Shown here in pieces: positions 41,463-51,142 of a stretch of 64,000 nt of DNA. Under the pieces are notes generated by a model that saw only the letters and a program-made list of their open reading frames with translations, was not told the origin of the DNA and did no database searches. The first letter of the stretch is position 1. Each line of letters opens with the position of its first letter. The position numbers and the translations under genes were made by a program. Location of the stretch: the NCBI GenBank assembly GCA_963667175.2, contig CAXXXF010000015.1, forward strand, positions 128,001-192,000. The letters are read 5' to 3'. The stretch comes from Candidatus Latescibacterota bacterium (lineage in GTDB: Bacteria; Latescibacterota; UBA2968; GCA-2709665).

Positions 41463-41819
41463 TTAACGTCGCCGGGTGAGCATGGGCCCGAGCGGACGTC
41501 CTCCAAGCAGATGCATATGCAGGTGGTAGACCTCCTGGCCGCCGTGGTCCCGGCAATTCACGATCAACCGGTATCCGTCATCGGAAAACCCTTCCTGTTC
41601 CGCGAGCCGGGCCGCCACGGTAAACAACCGGCCAAGCGCGGCCTCATCTTTGGACGATACATCGCTGACGGTGGGTATCACCTTGTTTGGAACAATCAGA
41701 ATGTGAGTCGGCGCCTGCGGATTGATATCTCGAAACGCCGTCACCAGCTCATCCTGATACGTGATTTCAGACGGTATCTCCTTCCGTATGATCTTGCTGA
41801 AGATGGTCTCGTCCGCCAT
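41463..41819 (-). CDS. hinT: HIT family nucleotide hydrolase (HinT)
   Basis: [33 protein letters not shown]. Confidence 0.9.
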   Translation of the reverse strand: MADETIFSKIIRKEIPSEITYQDELVTAFRDINPQAPTHILIVPNKVIPTVSDVSSKDEAALGRLFTVAARLAEQEGFSDDGYRLIVNCRDHGGQEVYHLHMHLLGGRPLGPMLTRRR

Positions 41820-41952
41820 GAATTCTCCTTTCGGCAATCACCTCCATTTGCTATCTTCCGTGGCCAACGCTGAACAAAAAAACAACGCGCAAACCACAAA
41901 TCAAGGAATTCTTTAACCCGAGTAGCTGTTGTCCCGGAGAGAAGGCGGGAAC

Positions 41953-42216
41953 ATGCTTCCTATCCTCGATCGACTCCTGGCCGCATTTGCGACAATCCTT
42001 CTGCGGTTCTACCGGTTATTTGTCTCTCCTTTTTTACATTTCGTTTTCGGTCCCGGCAGCGGGTGCCGGTTTTATCCCACGTGCTCCCGGTACGCGCGTG
42101 ATTGCTTTCGGCAACATTCCGTTCCTGTCGCCCTGTTTCTGTCGGTCTCGCGAGTGCTGAAATGTCATCCCTTTCACCCGGGGGGATTTGATCCCGTCCC
42201 GCCGAAGCGCCAATAG
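41953..42216 (+). CDS. yidD: Membrane protein insertion efficiency factor YidD
   Basis: CRFYPTCSRYA..RVLKCHPFHPGGFDPVP. Confidence 0.9.
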   Translation: MLPILDRLLAAFATILLRFYRLFVSPFLHFVFGPGSGCRFYPTCSRYARDCFRQHSVPVALFLSVSRVLKCHPFHPGGFDPVPPKRQ

Positions 42217-42468
42217 ACGCGACACCCGTCAACGCCGGGCGCCCTGCCCTCCGAAGCAAGACCATCGACGGCTTCGGGACCACCCTGGCGATGCCCGGCT
42301 TTGGCCCGCGTGTCCGTTCAGACCTCCCCGTACCTTCGCTTGCTGCGGCCAGCGAGGCATTTCCCCCGCCTTTCGATACGGCGCCCCTCATCTGAGCGCC
42401 GGAGGGCCTTCAACCTTCCTGACCCGGACGCTGTCCAGCTCACACTTCCCACCCCCTCCGCCACCCTC

Positions 42469-42498
42469 TTGACTTGATATCGAAAAATCATTATCGTT
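42469..42498 (+). promoter_or_regulatory. Sigma70 promoter overlapped by Fur/Zur-family box
   Basis: TTGACT-17-TATCGT, overlapped by GAAAAATCATTATCG. Confidence 0.5.
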
Positions 42499-43019
42499 AA
42501 TTTCGTGAGGGTCGCGTCCTCTTTCCGCTCCTGCCGTGAGCGCGACGCCATCGACATCATTCGCGGACCACCCCCACGTCACGGATCGGTTGGTCGATCA
42601 CGACGGCGACGCGATTCCACTCGACGACGGCTGGGTGGGGTCAGCCGGTCGAAGCAGGTCCTCCAGTCCTCCCCGGAGATGCCCGGGTTTTCCCGCCACT
42701 TGATCGTGATTGTCTCGCAATCCTCGCATGCCGGAATCCGTCACGGCCCAACGGCAAGAAACGCAGATCGTGCGGACGTTTGTTGTATAAGTGGAGTTCT
42801 CACGCACGGCACAACCTTCATCTTTCCCGTAATAATGAACCGGGTAAAGTCCCGGTTTTACCGATCGTGTGGAGTGCGTCTCGCTCTACACGTCGGAACC
42901 GGAGACAGGTGTATACGGCGGGAGCGACGTCCGAAGTCCCTCCGCGCAAGCATTCCGGGGCGTGCGCCGCCATCCGGACCTATACTTGGTCCCGCTGTTT
43001 CACAGGGAGAAGAGAGAGC

Positions 43020-43328
43020 ATGTTGATCAACACGTCACTACGCCGCCCGAACCTCGAACGGGTACGACGCATCAAGGAGGCATTGCGCGAAGCGCTAGGA
43101 CTCTCCCCTGACGCGACGGTCACGGTCACCGAGCTGGCTTGTCTCGAAGAAGGCTGCGCCCCCGTCGAAACCGTGATCGGCCTGCTTCGGCCCGATGCGC
43201 CACAGCTTCAGCATAAGTTACACAAACCCATAGACGCCGTTGACGCCAGGGACCTGATCCAGGTCTGCAAGGCGTGGGGGTTCGACGTCCGAATTTCAAT
43301 ACTCGCACATCGGCTCCGGGAGAACTAG
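43020..43328 (+). CDS. Small conserved protein (ELACxExGCxPxET) typical upstream of COG0523 genes
   Basis: VTVTELACLEEGCAPVETVI motif; abuts cobW-like gene. Confidence 0.7.
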   Translation: MLINTSLRRPNLERVRRIKEALREALGLSPDATVTVTELACLEEGCAPVETVIGLLRPDAPQLQHKLHKPIDAVDARDLIQVCKAWGFDVRISILAHRLREN

Positions 43329-43592
43329 ATGAACACGCCGCGAAAAGTGCCTGTTTCCATCCTCACCGGCTTCCTCGGCTCTGGCAAGACGACCCTGCTC
43401 AACCGGATCTTGAGTGAGGAGCACGGCAAGCGCATTGCCGTGATCGAGAACGAGTACTGCGAGGTCGGCATCGATCAGGCGCTCGTCATCGACGCTGACG
43501 AAGAGACCTTCGAGCGCAATCAGCTCGTCTTCAACGGCCGCTACCTCGATGAGCAGAGCATGCGGCGGGGGTTCGAAGCATGTCTGATGTGA
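43329..43592 (+). pseudogene. COG0523/CobW GTPase with large in-frame internal deletion
   Basis: N-terminal TGFLGSGKTT..IAVIENE..GID joined directly to C-terminal NQLVFNGRYLD..GFEACL; only 87 aa. Confidence 0.8.
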
Positions 43593-44623
43593 ACGTCGAC
43601 AGACCCAGGGGCGTTCTTCGCCGGGGTTGGTCTGCAGCGGTCGGCGACTATGCCATCGCCGGGGGTTGGAGCCTGCGCGGTGAGGCGCTGATGGTCGGTG
43701 ACGCTGCGGGTGGCGTCTACGCCTTCGACGGCAAGTCCGGCGCGACCGCCTGGGCACGGCGGGAGGTTCATGACGGTGGTGTGCTCGCAATGGCGATCCA
43801 CCCAGGCGGAACCGCGTTCGCGACGGCCGGCCAGGACAGCCGAATCTTAATCTGGACCGCCGCCGAAGGTCAGGTAAGCCGGGCTATCGACGTCGGAAGC
43901 GGCTGGGTAGAAAACGCGGCGTGGTCGCCGGACGGCCAGTGGTTGGCGGCATCCTGCTCCCGGGAGGTCCGCGTATATGACGCCGACGGCGTGGAAGTTT
44001 GGCGATCTGATGATCATCCCAGCACCGTCAGCGCGATTGCCTGGTCGAGCTCAGGGGAGCTGGCGACGGCCTGTTACGGTCGAGTGACGTTCTTCGACGC
44101 GGCCACCGGCGAGCCACGCCAGAAGCTGGAGTGGCAGGGCTCCCTGGTGTCGATGGTCCTGAGTTCGGACGGCGATATCGTGGCCTGCGGCAGCCAGGAC
44201 AACTCGGTGCACTTCTGGCGTCGCTCCACGGAGGAGGACTCCATGATGTCGGGATATCCTGCCAAGCCGTCGGCACTGGCTTTCGACGACACCGGCGCCC
44301 TCCTAGCCACCGGGGGAGGGGAGGCGGTGACGGTCTGGAGCTTCCACGGAAGTGGTCCCGAAGGCACGCGGCCCGGCGTTTTAGAGCTTCATGTTCAGCC
44401 CGTCACGACGCTTGCCTTCGATCGCCGCTCGATGCGCCTGGCATCCGGAGGCCGTGACCGTGCCGTGGTCGTGTGGTCGCTTCAGAGAGATGGAGAAGGC
44501 GGTCCGATAGGGGTCGCGGTTGTGGAGGGCGCAGTGGCCGAATTGTACTGGCGGCCAGACGGCCGCGCGCTTGCCGCGCTCGACGCGCGGGGTGGCGTGA
44601 CGGTTTGGCGGACTCGATCTTGA
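43580..44623 (+). CDS. WD40-repeat protein
   Basis: ATAGQDSRILIW, AWSPDG, CGSQDNSVHFW, ASGGRDRAVVVW. Confidence 0.88.
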   Translation: MSDVNVDRPRGVLRRGWSAAVGDYAIAGGWSLRGEALMVGDAAGGVYAFDGKSGATAWARREVHDGGVLAMAIHPGGTAFATAGQDSRILIWTAAEGQVSRAIDVGSGWVENAAWSPDGQWLAASCSREVRVYDADGVEVWRSDDHPSTVSAIAWSSSGELATACYGRVTFFDAATGEPRQKLEWQGSLVSMVLSSDGDIVACGSQDNSVHFWRRSTEEDSMMSGYPAKPSALAFDDTGALLATGGGEAVTVWSFHGSGPEGTRPGVLELHVQPVTTLAFDRRSMRLASGGRDRAVVVWSLQRDGEGGPIGVAVVEGAVAELYWRPDGRALAALDARGGVTVWRTRS

Positions 44624-44688
44624 CGCTCAAGGGCACGGGACTTTCGCCGCCGACCGAACGCCTCTCTCTTTTCAACCAAAAATAGTAC

Positions 44689-44716
44689 TTGCCCATGAGA
44701 AAAAGTATCATATGAT
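44689..44716 (+). promoter_or_regulatory. Candidate promoter with 7-1-7 Fur-family box
   Basis: TTGCCC-16-TATGAT; spacer holds TGAGAAA-A-AGTATCA. Confidence 0.45.
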
Positions 44717-44720
44717 TCTG

Positions 44721-44878
44721 GTGTTCTGTCCCGATAATAAGTTGCCTGAATTCGGCCGTCGAGACGAGATGAATCGGCCGAAGAATGGTGAGGGAGCGCC
44801 TGCCTGCCGCAGGCAGGCAACGCCGTATTTCGGTCACAAGGGCCGGACGTAGCCCGGATGGACTTTATCAACGGGCTG
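44721..44878. mobile_element. Chimeric MITE: partial family B (inverted) joined to right part of family A
   Basis: 44721-44794 matches the reverse complement of parts of 47417-47635; 44790-44878 matches 45958-46059. Confidence 0.7.
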
Positions 44879-44979
44879 TTATGGTAGGGTATCTCTGAAT
44901 CGTCACTTGCGCCTTTTGTGCTTTTTGTGGCCAATTTGACGGTTATCTCTTTTCGAATTGAGGCTATTCGGAGACTGCG

Positions 44980-45642
44980 ATGTCACTTTTGACAGTCACG
45001 AACCTCGTAAAGGCTTACGCTTCGCCTGAAGGTTCACAGAGCCGCATCATTGATGTTCCCCATTTTGAGATAGACGCAGGAAAACAGATTGCGCTCAGAG
45101 GGAGCAGCGGCGCTGGAAAAACGACGTTTCTGAATCTGATCGCTGGAATTCTACAAGCCGACGACGGATGCATTGTGCTCGCCGGCGTGGAGACGACCGC
45201 TCTCTCAGAATCCGAGCGGGACAGGCTGCGTGCCCACCACATCGGGTATATTTTCCAAACATTCAATCTACTTGCCGGCTACACAGCTTTAGAGAACGTT
45301 ATGCTCGGAATGATGTTCGGAAAAGGAATTGAAGCCAATTTTGCCCAACATCTGCTTGAACGGGTCGGACTTGGCGATCGAATGCAGTATCGCCCTTCGC
45401 AGCTATCGGTCGGGCAGCAACAACGTGTTGCGGTTGCCCGCGCCGTAGCCAATCGACCCCGTCTCGTACTCGCCGATGAACCGACCGGCAATCTGGATTC
45501 TCATCATGCCAGCGAAGCGGTGACACTTATCCGCGATATTTGCTGCGAAAACAGTGCATCGCTGCTTATCGTCAGCCACGACTCAAGCGTTCTGGGCCAG
45601 TTTGAGGAGGCAAAGGATTTCGCGCAAGTAAATCGCGTATAA
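44980..45642 (+). CDS. ABC transporter ATP-binding protein (LolD/ZrgB-like)
   Basis: GSSGAGKTT, LSVGQQQRVAVARA, LADEPTGNLD. Confidence 0.92.
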   Translation: MSLLTVTNLVKAYASPEGSQSRIIDVPHFEIDAGKQIALRGSSGAGKTTFLNLIAGILQADDGCIVLAGVETTALSESERDRLRAHHIGYIFQTFNLLAGYTALENVMLGMMFGKGIEANFAQHLLERVGLGDRMQYRPSQLSVGQQQRVAVARAVANRPRLVLADEPTGNLDSHHASEAVTLIRDICCENSASLLIVSHDSSVLGQFEEAKDFAQVNRV

Positions 45643-45866
45643 CGTAACTCATTCACGAAAATTCCACGTTTTCTTGAATGATTGGACGATCTCTACGCCC
45701 CGTTTCGGAAGATTTCTCCGCGGTGTCGACGTTCCGGATTTTTCGATGGAAGGCAAATTGCCGCAAGAGGCACAGAAACAGCGAATCTGTTACAGGGCGT
45801 TTCGCCGAGAGACAAGGAATACCTTGTAGGGTCACGGCGTTACGACACACGCCGTTTGGTGTCTAA

Positions 45867-46059
45867 CAGTCCGTTGAAAAAGTCGCTCTGCAGGCGAGGC
45901 CGAGTCATTGTGGCCGAAGACAAGGCGCGCGACCGACGCGAATCCCTGGATTCGGGGAGGGAGCGCCTGCCTGCCGCGCTTCGCTTGGCGCAGGCAGGCA
46001 ACGCCGTATTTCGGTCACAAGGGCCGGACGTAGCCCGGATGGACTTTATCAACGGGCTG
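45867..46059. mobile_element. MITE family A (193 bp, inverted)
   Basis: TIRs and CTAA flanks; 14 bp longer than the 34551 copy within the palindrome loop. Confidence 0.85.
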
Positions 46060-46135
46060 CTAACCCTTTTGTGCTTTTTGTGGCCAATTTAGCGGTTATC
46101 TCTTTCGAATTGAGGTTAATGGGGATCGGAGAAAC

Positions 46136-47416
46136 GTGTTTGAGTCGAAAATGAAGAGACGGATTGGGTTGTTTTTCATCGTTCAACGCAGTCTTCGACA
46201 ACACGCGCTTTCGACCCTCATCACAACGTTGTCAATTGCGCTCGGCACGGGGCTTGTGATGGCGGTTATCGCCATCAGAACGCAATCCGTCTCGGCATTC
46301 ACGGGCGGTCCGATTGGCTTTGACGCGGTCTTGGGAGCACGCGGCAGTCCGTTACAATTGGTGCTGAACACCGTATTTCATCTCGAAACCTCGCCGGGGA
46401 ATATCCCCTGGACGATGTATCAGGCGGTGAAAGACGATCCGCGTGTCGAGCTCGCCATTCCTTACGCGCTTGGAGACAATTATTATGGTTTCCGTATTGT
46501 CGGTACGGCAGTGGAGTTGTTCACGGAGTTTGAATACCGCAAAGGGGTTCGATTTCGGACGCATGGGGATGGACGTTTTTTCGATCCCAACCGGCAGGAA
46601 GCCGTCCTTGGCAGCTACGTCGCGCAGAAGTTGAACTTAAGGGTGGGGGATACGTTTCATCCGTATCACGGCCTGGTGTTCGATGAATCCATGCGGCATG
46701 ATGAACGATATGTTATTGTTGGTGTGCTCGAAGCGACCAATTCACCGTCCGACCGTGTCATCTGGATACCAATCGAGGGCGTTTATCGACTGGAGGGGCA
46801 TGTGTTGCGGGGCGGTGGTGAAGACTATGTTGCCCAACCCGGTCGAGAGATCCCCGACGTCCACAAAGAGGTCAGCGCAGTCATGCTGAAGTTTCGCAAT
46901 CCGCAGATCGGTTTCATGATGGATGCAATGATCAACAAACAGGGGAAGGCGGCAACGTTGGCATGGCCCATCGGAGCTGTGATGGCTGGCCTGTTTGACA
47001 AAATCGGTTGGATGAAACAAATCCTGGCACTCGTCTCTTATCTGGTTGTCCTTGTTGCGTCGGGTTCAATTCTCGCAAGCATCTACAACTCCATCAACGA
47101 GCGGCGGCGCGAATTTGCCATCTTGAGATCACTTGGCGCACGTCGTAAGACGGTGTTTACGGTAATTGTGCTGGAAGCTGCATCGATCGCGGCGTTAGGA
47201 GTCATCATAGGATTTATAGTTTACGGTGCGATTTTCACCTCAGCATCAGCAATTGTCCGCACCCAGACGGGTATCGTCTTGGACCTGTTGGAATTTCATC
47301 TCGCGTTCGTACTCGTGCCGGTTTGCGTCGTACTTCTGGGTGTGATCTCTGGCATTGTGCCCGCCTTCAAGGCGTATCAGACGGACGTCGCAACGAGTTT
47401 AACACCCATAGGCTAA
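46136..47416 (+). CDS. ABC transporter permease (FtsX/MacB type, ZrgC-like)
   Basis: DAVLGARGSPLQLVLNTVFH, LGDNYYGFRIVGT, NERRREFAILRSLGA. Confidence 0.88.
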   Translation: MFESKMKRRIGLFFIVQRSLRQHALSTLITTLSIALGTGLVMAVIAIRTQSVSAFTGGPIGFDAVLGARGSPLQLVLNTVFHLETSPGNIPWTMYQAVKDDPRVELAIPYALGDNYYGFRIVGTAVELFTEFEYRKGVRFRTHGDGRFFDPNRQEAVLGSYVAQKLNLRVGDTFHPYHGLVFDESMRHDERYVIVGVLEATNSPSDRVIWIPIEGVYRLEGHVLRGGGEDYVAQPGREIPDVHKEVSAVMLKFRNPQIGFMMDAMINKQGKAATLAWPIGAVMAGLFDKIGWMKQILALVSYLVVLVASGSILASIYNSINERRREFAILRSLGARRKTVFTVIVLEAASIAALGVIIGFIVYGAIFTSASAIVRTQTGIVLDLLEFHLAFVLVPVCVVLLGVISGIVPAFKAYQTDVATSLTPIG

Positions 47417-47635
47417 TTCCCCGTCCCAAAAAATCCTCGCCATTCTTCCGCCTGCCTGCGCAGTGCCCTGCGCTGCAGGCAGGCAGATTCATCCCGTCTC
47501 GCTGCGTTCCGCCTCGCTCGCCGACCCTACGCAGGGCGCCTGCGATCAGGCGCTGGGACCTGAGCCTGTCCAGGGATGCGAGCCGGGCTACTCTGCGGCC
47601 GAATTCAGGCGGATTATTTCCCGGACGGAACACTG
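47417..47635. mobile_element. MITE family B containing a 33-nt palindrome (47451-47483)
   Basis: Imperfect TIR (CCGTCCCAAAAAATCC / GGATTATTTCCCGGACGG); CTAA on both flanks. Confidence 0.65.
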
Positions 47636-47691
47636 CTAATCGTGCGATACAACACCAACGTCAAGTCAACGTTGCAGACAGGGAGATCATC

Positions 47692-48237
47692 ATGAAGATC
47701 CAAAGAAGGCTCTTGATATGGACGGCAATTCTAGCGCTTACTATTGCTCACGCCAGTTGCGAGAAAGAGGGGGAACATCGCCACGAACACGAGGAAACAC
47801 ACGAATCCAGCGCACATCATGAACATGTGGCGCCTCACGGCGGGACCCTGGTTGTTTTTGGCGATGAGTTCGCGCACATTGAGTTTGTGCTGGACCAGAC
47901 AACGGGAAAACTCACAGGCTACGTGCTTGACGGCGAAGCGGAAAAATCGGTGAGGCTCTCACAGAAGACAATCGAACTCAAGGTACATCGAGAAGACGTC
48001 GAGTCCGACTTTCCTGTGCAACTTTCAGCGATTGCAAACGTCCTGACCGGAGAGACCGAAGGCAATACCTCCCAATTCGAAGCCCAATCGGACGCACTGA
48101 AGGGAGCATCGGAATTTCATGCGGAAATTGTCTCTATTGAAGTAAAGGGGCAGGTGTTCACTCACATTGACTTTGAGTTTCCCGAAGGCAACGAGGGAAC
48201 GCACAGTAAGCATGGCGGACATTCGTCAGGAGATTGA
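47692..48237 (+). CDS. His-rich putative metal-binding lipoprotein
   Basis: Signal peptide + Cys, HRHEHEETH..HHEHVAPHGG..HIEFV. Confidence 0.8.
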   Translation: MKIQRRLLIWTAILALTIAHASCEKEGEHRHEHEETHESSAHHEHVAPHGGTLVVFGDEFAHIEFVLDQTTGKLTGYVLDGEAEKSVRLSQKTIELKVHREDVESDFPVQLSAIANVLTGETEGNTSQFEAQSDALKGASEFHAEIVSIEVKGQVFTHIDFEFPEGNEGTHSKHGGHSSGD

Positions 48238-48242
48238 GAAAT

Positions 48243-49343
48243 ATGGTTGGCGTATTCTCTTTTTGCGGATCACGTTTTGCCTTCTATGCAACGGTTTTTG
48301 GGTTAGTCCTCGGGATATTTGGCTTTGCCTCCGCTCAAAACGACCCGTCTGCGAGGTTAAAGACATTCACGCTGGACAAAGAGAGAAATGCGTTCATGTT
48401 TGGGGGCGGTCAGTTCAGGGCGACAGCCGAGCGTATCAATGGCAGCATTGTACTCGACCCCGATGCGTTGCAAAAGACGTTTAAGGCGACGTTCCAACTT
48501 GATATGAAACGTCTGAAAATGCAGACCGGCATTGATAAGGGGGCACAGAAGGTTTGGTGGAACGCTGACGTTTATCCGCAAGCGATCCTTCGGATTGAAA
48601 GCCTGAATGTTTCCCAGGACGTCCGACTGGTCGATGCTTTGCCCGTCACTGCCGATGCCGAGGCGACGTTTGAGTTCCATGGTGTCAAGAAGCCGGTGAA
48701 ATTGAAAGAGTTACAGTTCACCTATTTTTCAAGAAGCAGTCGGTTCGCCCAATGGTTACCCGGCGAAGTTCTACGGCTCGTCGGCGATTTTGAAATCCAA
48801 TCCTCGGACTACAACATTGAAGCTGAGCCGGAACGAACCGCTCCAATGCCGATCGATTTTGTTCTGTTTGCTATTGACAGGACCGACGCTGATGCCGCCC
48901 CTGCTGAAATGATCGGTGAGTACTTACGCGTCCCATTCAGTTTCTTGAGTGATTACTGGCTGGATGAGCCGGATTGGAGGCAGTTGGCAGATTCGGAATA
49001 CGTCGGCTCGCTCTCTTACGACTCCGAGATCCCCGATAAAGTGAAGCAACTCGATGAGAAAAAGGTCGCAATCACAGGATATATGCTGCCGATCGACGTT
49101 GACGGGGGAGAAGTGAAACGGCTCCTGCTGCTCCAGTCGACGATGTCGTGCTGTTTCGGAGTTGCACCTCGTATCAATGAGGTTATCTACGTCGAATCCT
49201 CAAGAAAGCAGAAGATTCAAATGGTGATGGACGTGCCAATCACTGTTTTTGGCAGACTGTCAGTCGGTCAGCAGTTTCGGGAGGATTTGATGCTGATGGG
49301 CGTTTATCAATTGGAGTTGGATGAGGTAAAACGTGCACGCTGA
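48243..49343 (+). CDS. YceI-like + DUF3299 fusion protein
   Basis: N-terminal YceI-like (GSIVLDP..FEFHGVKKPV); C-terminal LDEKKVAITGYMLP..SCCFG.P..NEVIYV. Confidence 0.7.
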   Translation: MVGVFSFCGSRFAFYATVFGLVLGIFGFASAQNDPSARLKTFTLDKERNAFMFGGGQFRATAERINGSIVLDPDALQKTFKATFQLDMKRLKMQTGIDKGAQKVWWNADVYPQAILRIESLNVSQDVRLVDALPVTADAEATFEFHGVKKPVKLKELQFTYFSRSSRFAQWLPGEVLRLVGDFEIQSSDYNIEAEPERTAPMPIDFVLFAIDRTDADAAPAEMIGEYLRVPFSFLSDYWLDEPDWRQLADSEYVGSLSYDSEIPDKVKQLDEKKVAITGYMLPIDVDGGEVKRLLLLQSTMSCCFGVAPRINEVIYVESSRKQKIQMVMDVPITVFGRLSVGQQFREDLMLMGVYQLELDEVKRAR

Positions 49344-49410
49344 AACGCCATCCCTTTCAACCGGGCGGATTTGATCCCGTCCCCTCGAAAAGCCCATAAA
49401 CCGGTCTTCC

Positions 49411-50220
49411 ATGTTCGGAATCGCCCAGATCCACTGGAGTGCCGACCCCGAGATTCTCCGCATCGGTCCGGTCGTCCTGCGCTGGTACAGCCTGTGCTTT
49501 CTGGTCACCTTCGTCCTCGGCTATTGCCTGATGCGCCGAATGTTCCGGTTCGAAGGAAAACCCGCAAAGGACCTGGACAGACTGGTAAACCATATGGTTC
49601 TCGGCACCCTCATCGGCGCACGTCTGGGACATTGTCTGTTTTACGACCCTGTATTCTACCTGACAAACCCGATCGAGATCTTCAAGATCTGGCGAGGCGG
49701 CCTTGCCAGCCACGGCGCAGCCATCGGCATTTTTTCCGCACTCTATCTGTACGCCCGAAACCGGCCGGATCAATCCTATCTCTGGATACTTGACCGCGTT
49801 GTCGTGACGGTTGCCCTTGGCGGGTTCTTCATCCGCATCGGCAACTTCTTCAACTCCGAAATATACGGCATCCCGGCTGAACTGCCCTGGGCGATCGTCT
49901 TTTCACGCGTCGATGCCGTCCCGAGGCATCCGGCGCAACTCTATGAATCGCTCGCCTACGGACTGATCTTCCTCCTCCTCTACGCGGTCTATTCCAGACA
50001 GCGCGCCGAGACGCCATCCGGACTGCTTCTCGGTCTGTTCCTCGTAACCGTGTTCTCATTCCGGGTGATCGTTGAATTCGTCAAGGTCCGCCAGGCCGCT
50101 TACGGTCACGGCTTCCCCCTCAGCGTGGGGCAGTGGCTCAGCTTCCCGCTCATCATCCTGGGCATCGTCCTTCTCGTGAATGCATCGAGGAATGCAGGCT
50201 CGAAAGCCCCGACGCCGTAA
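49411..50220 (+). CDS. lgt: Prolipoprotein diacylglyceryl transferase
   Basis: LRWYS, GARLGHCLFY, IWRGGLASHG, RIGNFFNSEIYG, RHPAQLYE. Confidence 0.95.
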   Translation: MFGIAQIHWSADPEILRIGPVVLRWYSLCFLVTFVLGYCLMRRMFRFEGKPAKDLDRLVNHMVLGTLIGARLGHCLFYDPVFYLTNPIEIFKIWRGGLASHGAAIGIFSALYLYARNRPDQSYLWILDRVVVTVALGGFFIRIGNFFNSEIYGIPAELPWAIVFSRVDAVPRHPAQLYESLAYGLIFLLLYAVYSRQRAETPSGLLLGLFLVTVFSFRVIVEFVKVRQAAYGHGFPLSVGQWLSFPLIILGIVLLVNASRNAGSKAPTP

Positions 50221-50274
50221 GATCGGAGCGCCAGACACCACTGTCCCGAACGTACCTCAGAAAGGTGGAATTCG

Positions 50275-51030
50275 ATGAACTCGTACACCGCGATTGCCGG
50301 CGCCCTGCAGAAATCTCTAAACCTTGCCCTGCCTCCCATTGCCGTCTGTATTTCGGACGCAGTGCCCGAAGGCGTACCGGAATACGATGGCCGGGCGCCC
50401 GCCGGCTGTCTGTTCTGGCAGGAGGCAGGAAAAGGCCGCTTTTCCACCCGAACCACCCACCATGAACTGTGCGCCATCGGCGTACACACACACCATATGG
50501 CCAACCCTCCGGCCTCGTACGAAGCGGAACTGGGCGACGTTCTGAAAACCATGGCCGGGATGGATTACGTTCGCGAAGAGGACGTTATGGAGATTCCTGT
50601 GCTGGATAACGAAACCAGGCACGTCATCTACGCCCCTTTGAACGAAACGCCACTCGATCCGTCTGTAGTGCTTCTGTTCGCCCATTCACGTCAGAGCCTG
50701 ATTATTACCGAAGCCGTCCAGCAGGTCGAACCGGCCGTCCCGCCCGCAATGGGCAGGCCCGCCTGCGCCGTGGTTCCCCATGCCGTCAAGACCGGGCGGG
50801 CCGCGCTCAGTCTTGGCTGCTGCGGCGCCAGGGCATACCTGGATGCCCTCACGGACGACGTCGCCGTATGGGCGCTGCCTGGCGACAAGGTACATCTGTA
50901 CGCAGCACGCATCGACGTGTTCGCCAGAGCCAACAACGTCCTGGGCGAATTCCATTCCCTGCGTCGAAAAGACGTCGAAGCCGGTCTTGAACCCACGGTT
51001 TCCGAGTCACTTTCACGGTTGGAGAACTGA
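50275..51030 (+). CDS. DUF169 family protein
   Basis: PPIAV, GCLFW, CAIG, GRPACA, SLGCCGAR. Confidence 0.8.
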   Translation: MNSYTAIAGALQKSLNLALPPIAVCISDAVPEGVPEYDGRAPAGCLFWQEAGKGRFSTRTTHHELCAIGVHTHHMANPPASYEAELGDVLKTMAGMDYVREEDVMEIPVLDNETRHVIYAPLNETPLDPSVVLLFAHSRQSLIITEAVQQVEPAVPPAMGRPACAVVPHAVKTGRAALSLGCCGARAYLDALTDDVAVWALPGDKVHLYAARIDVFARANNVLGEFHSLRRKDVEAGLEPTVSESLSRLEN

Positions 51031-51142
51031 TTGACAACACCGATTTCACGGTGTGCGACTCTTTCGCTTGAAACAGCACGGATGCATGGTATATTGAGAG
51101 AAAATTCCCGCGTCCGCACCTTCACGTCAGACGGAATCCTCA

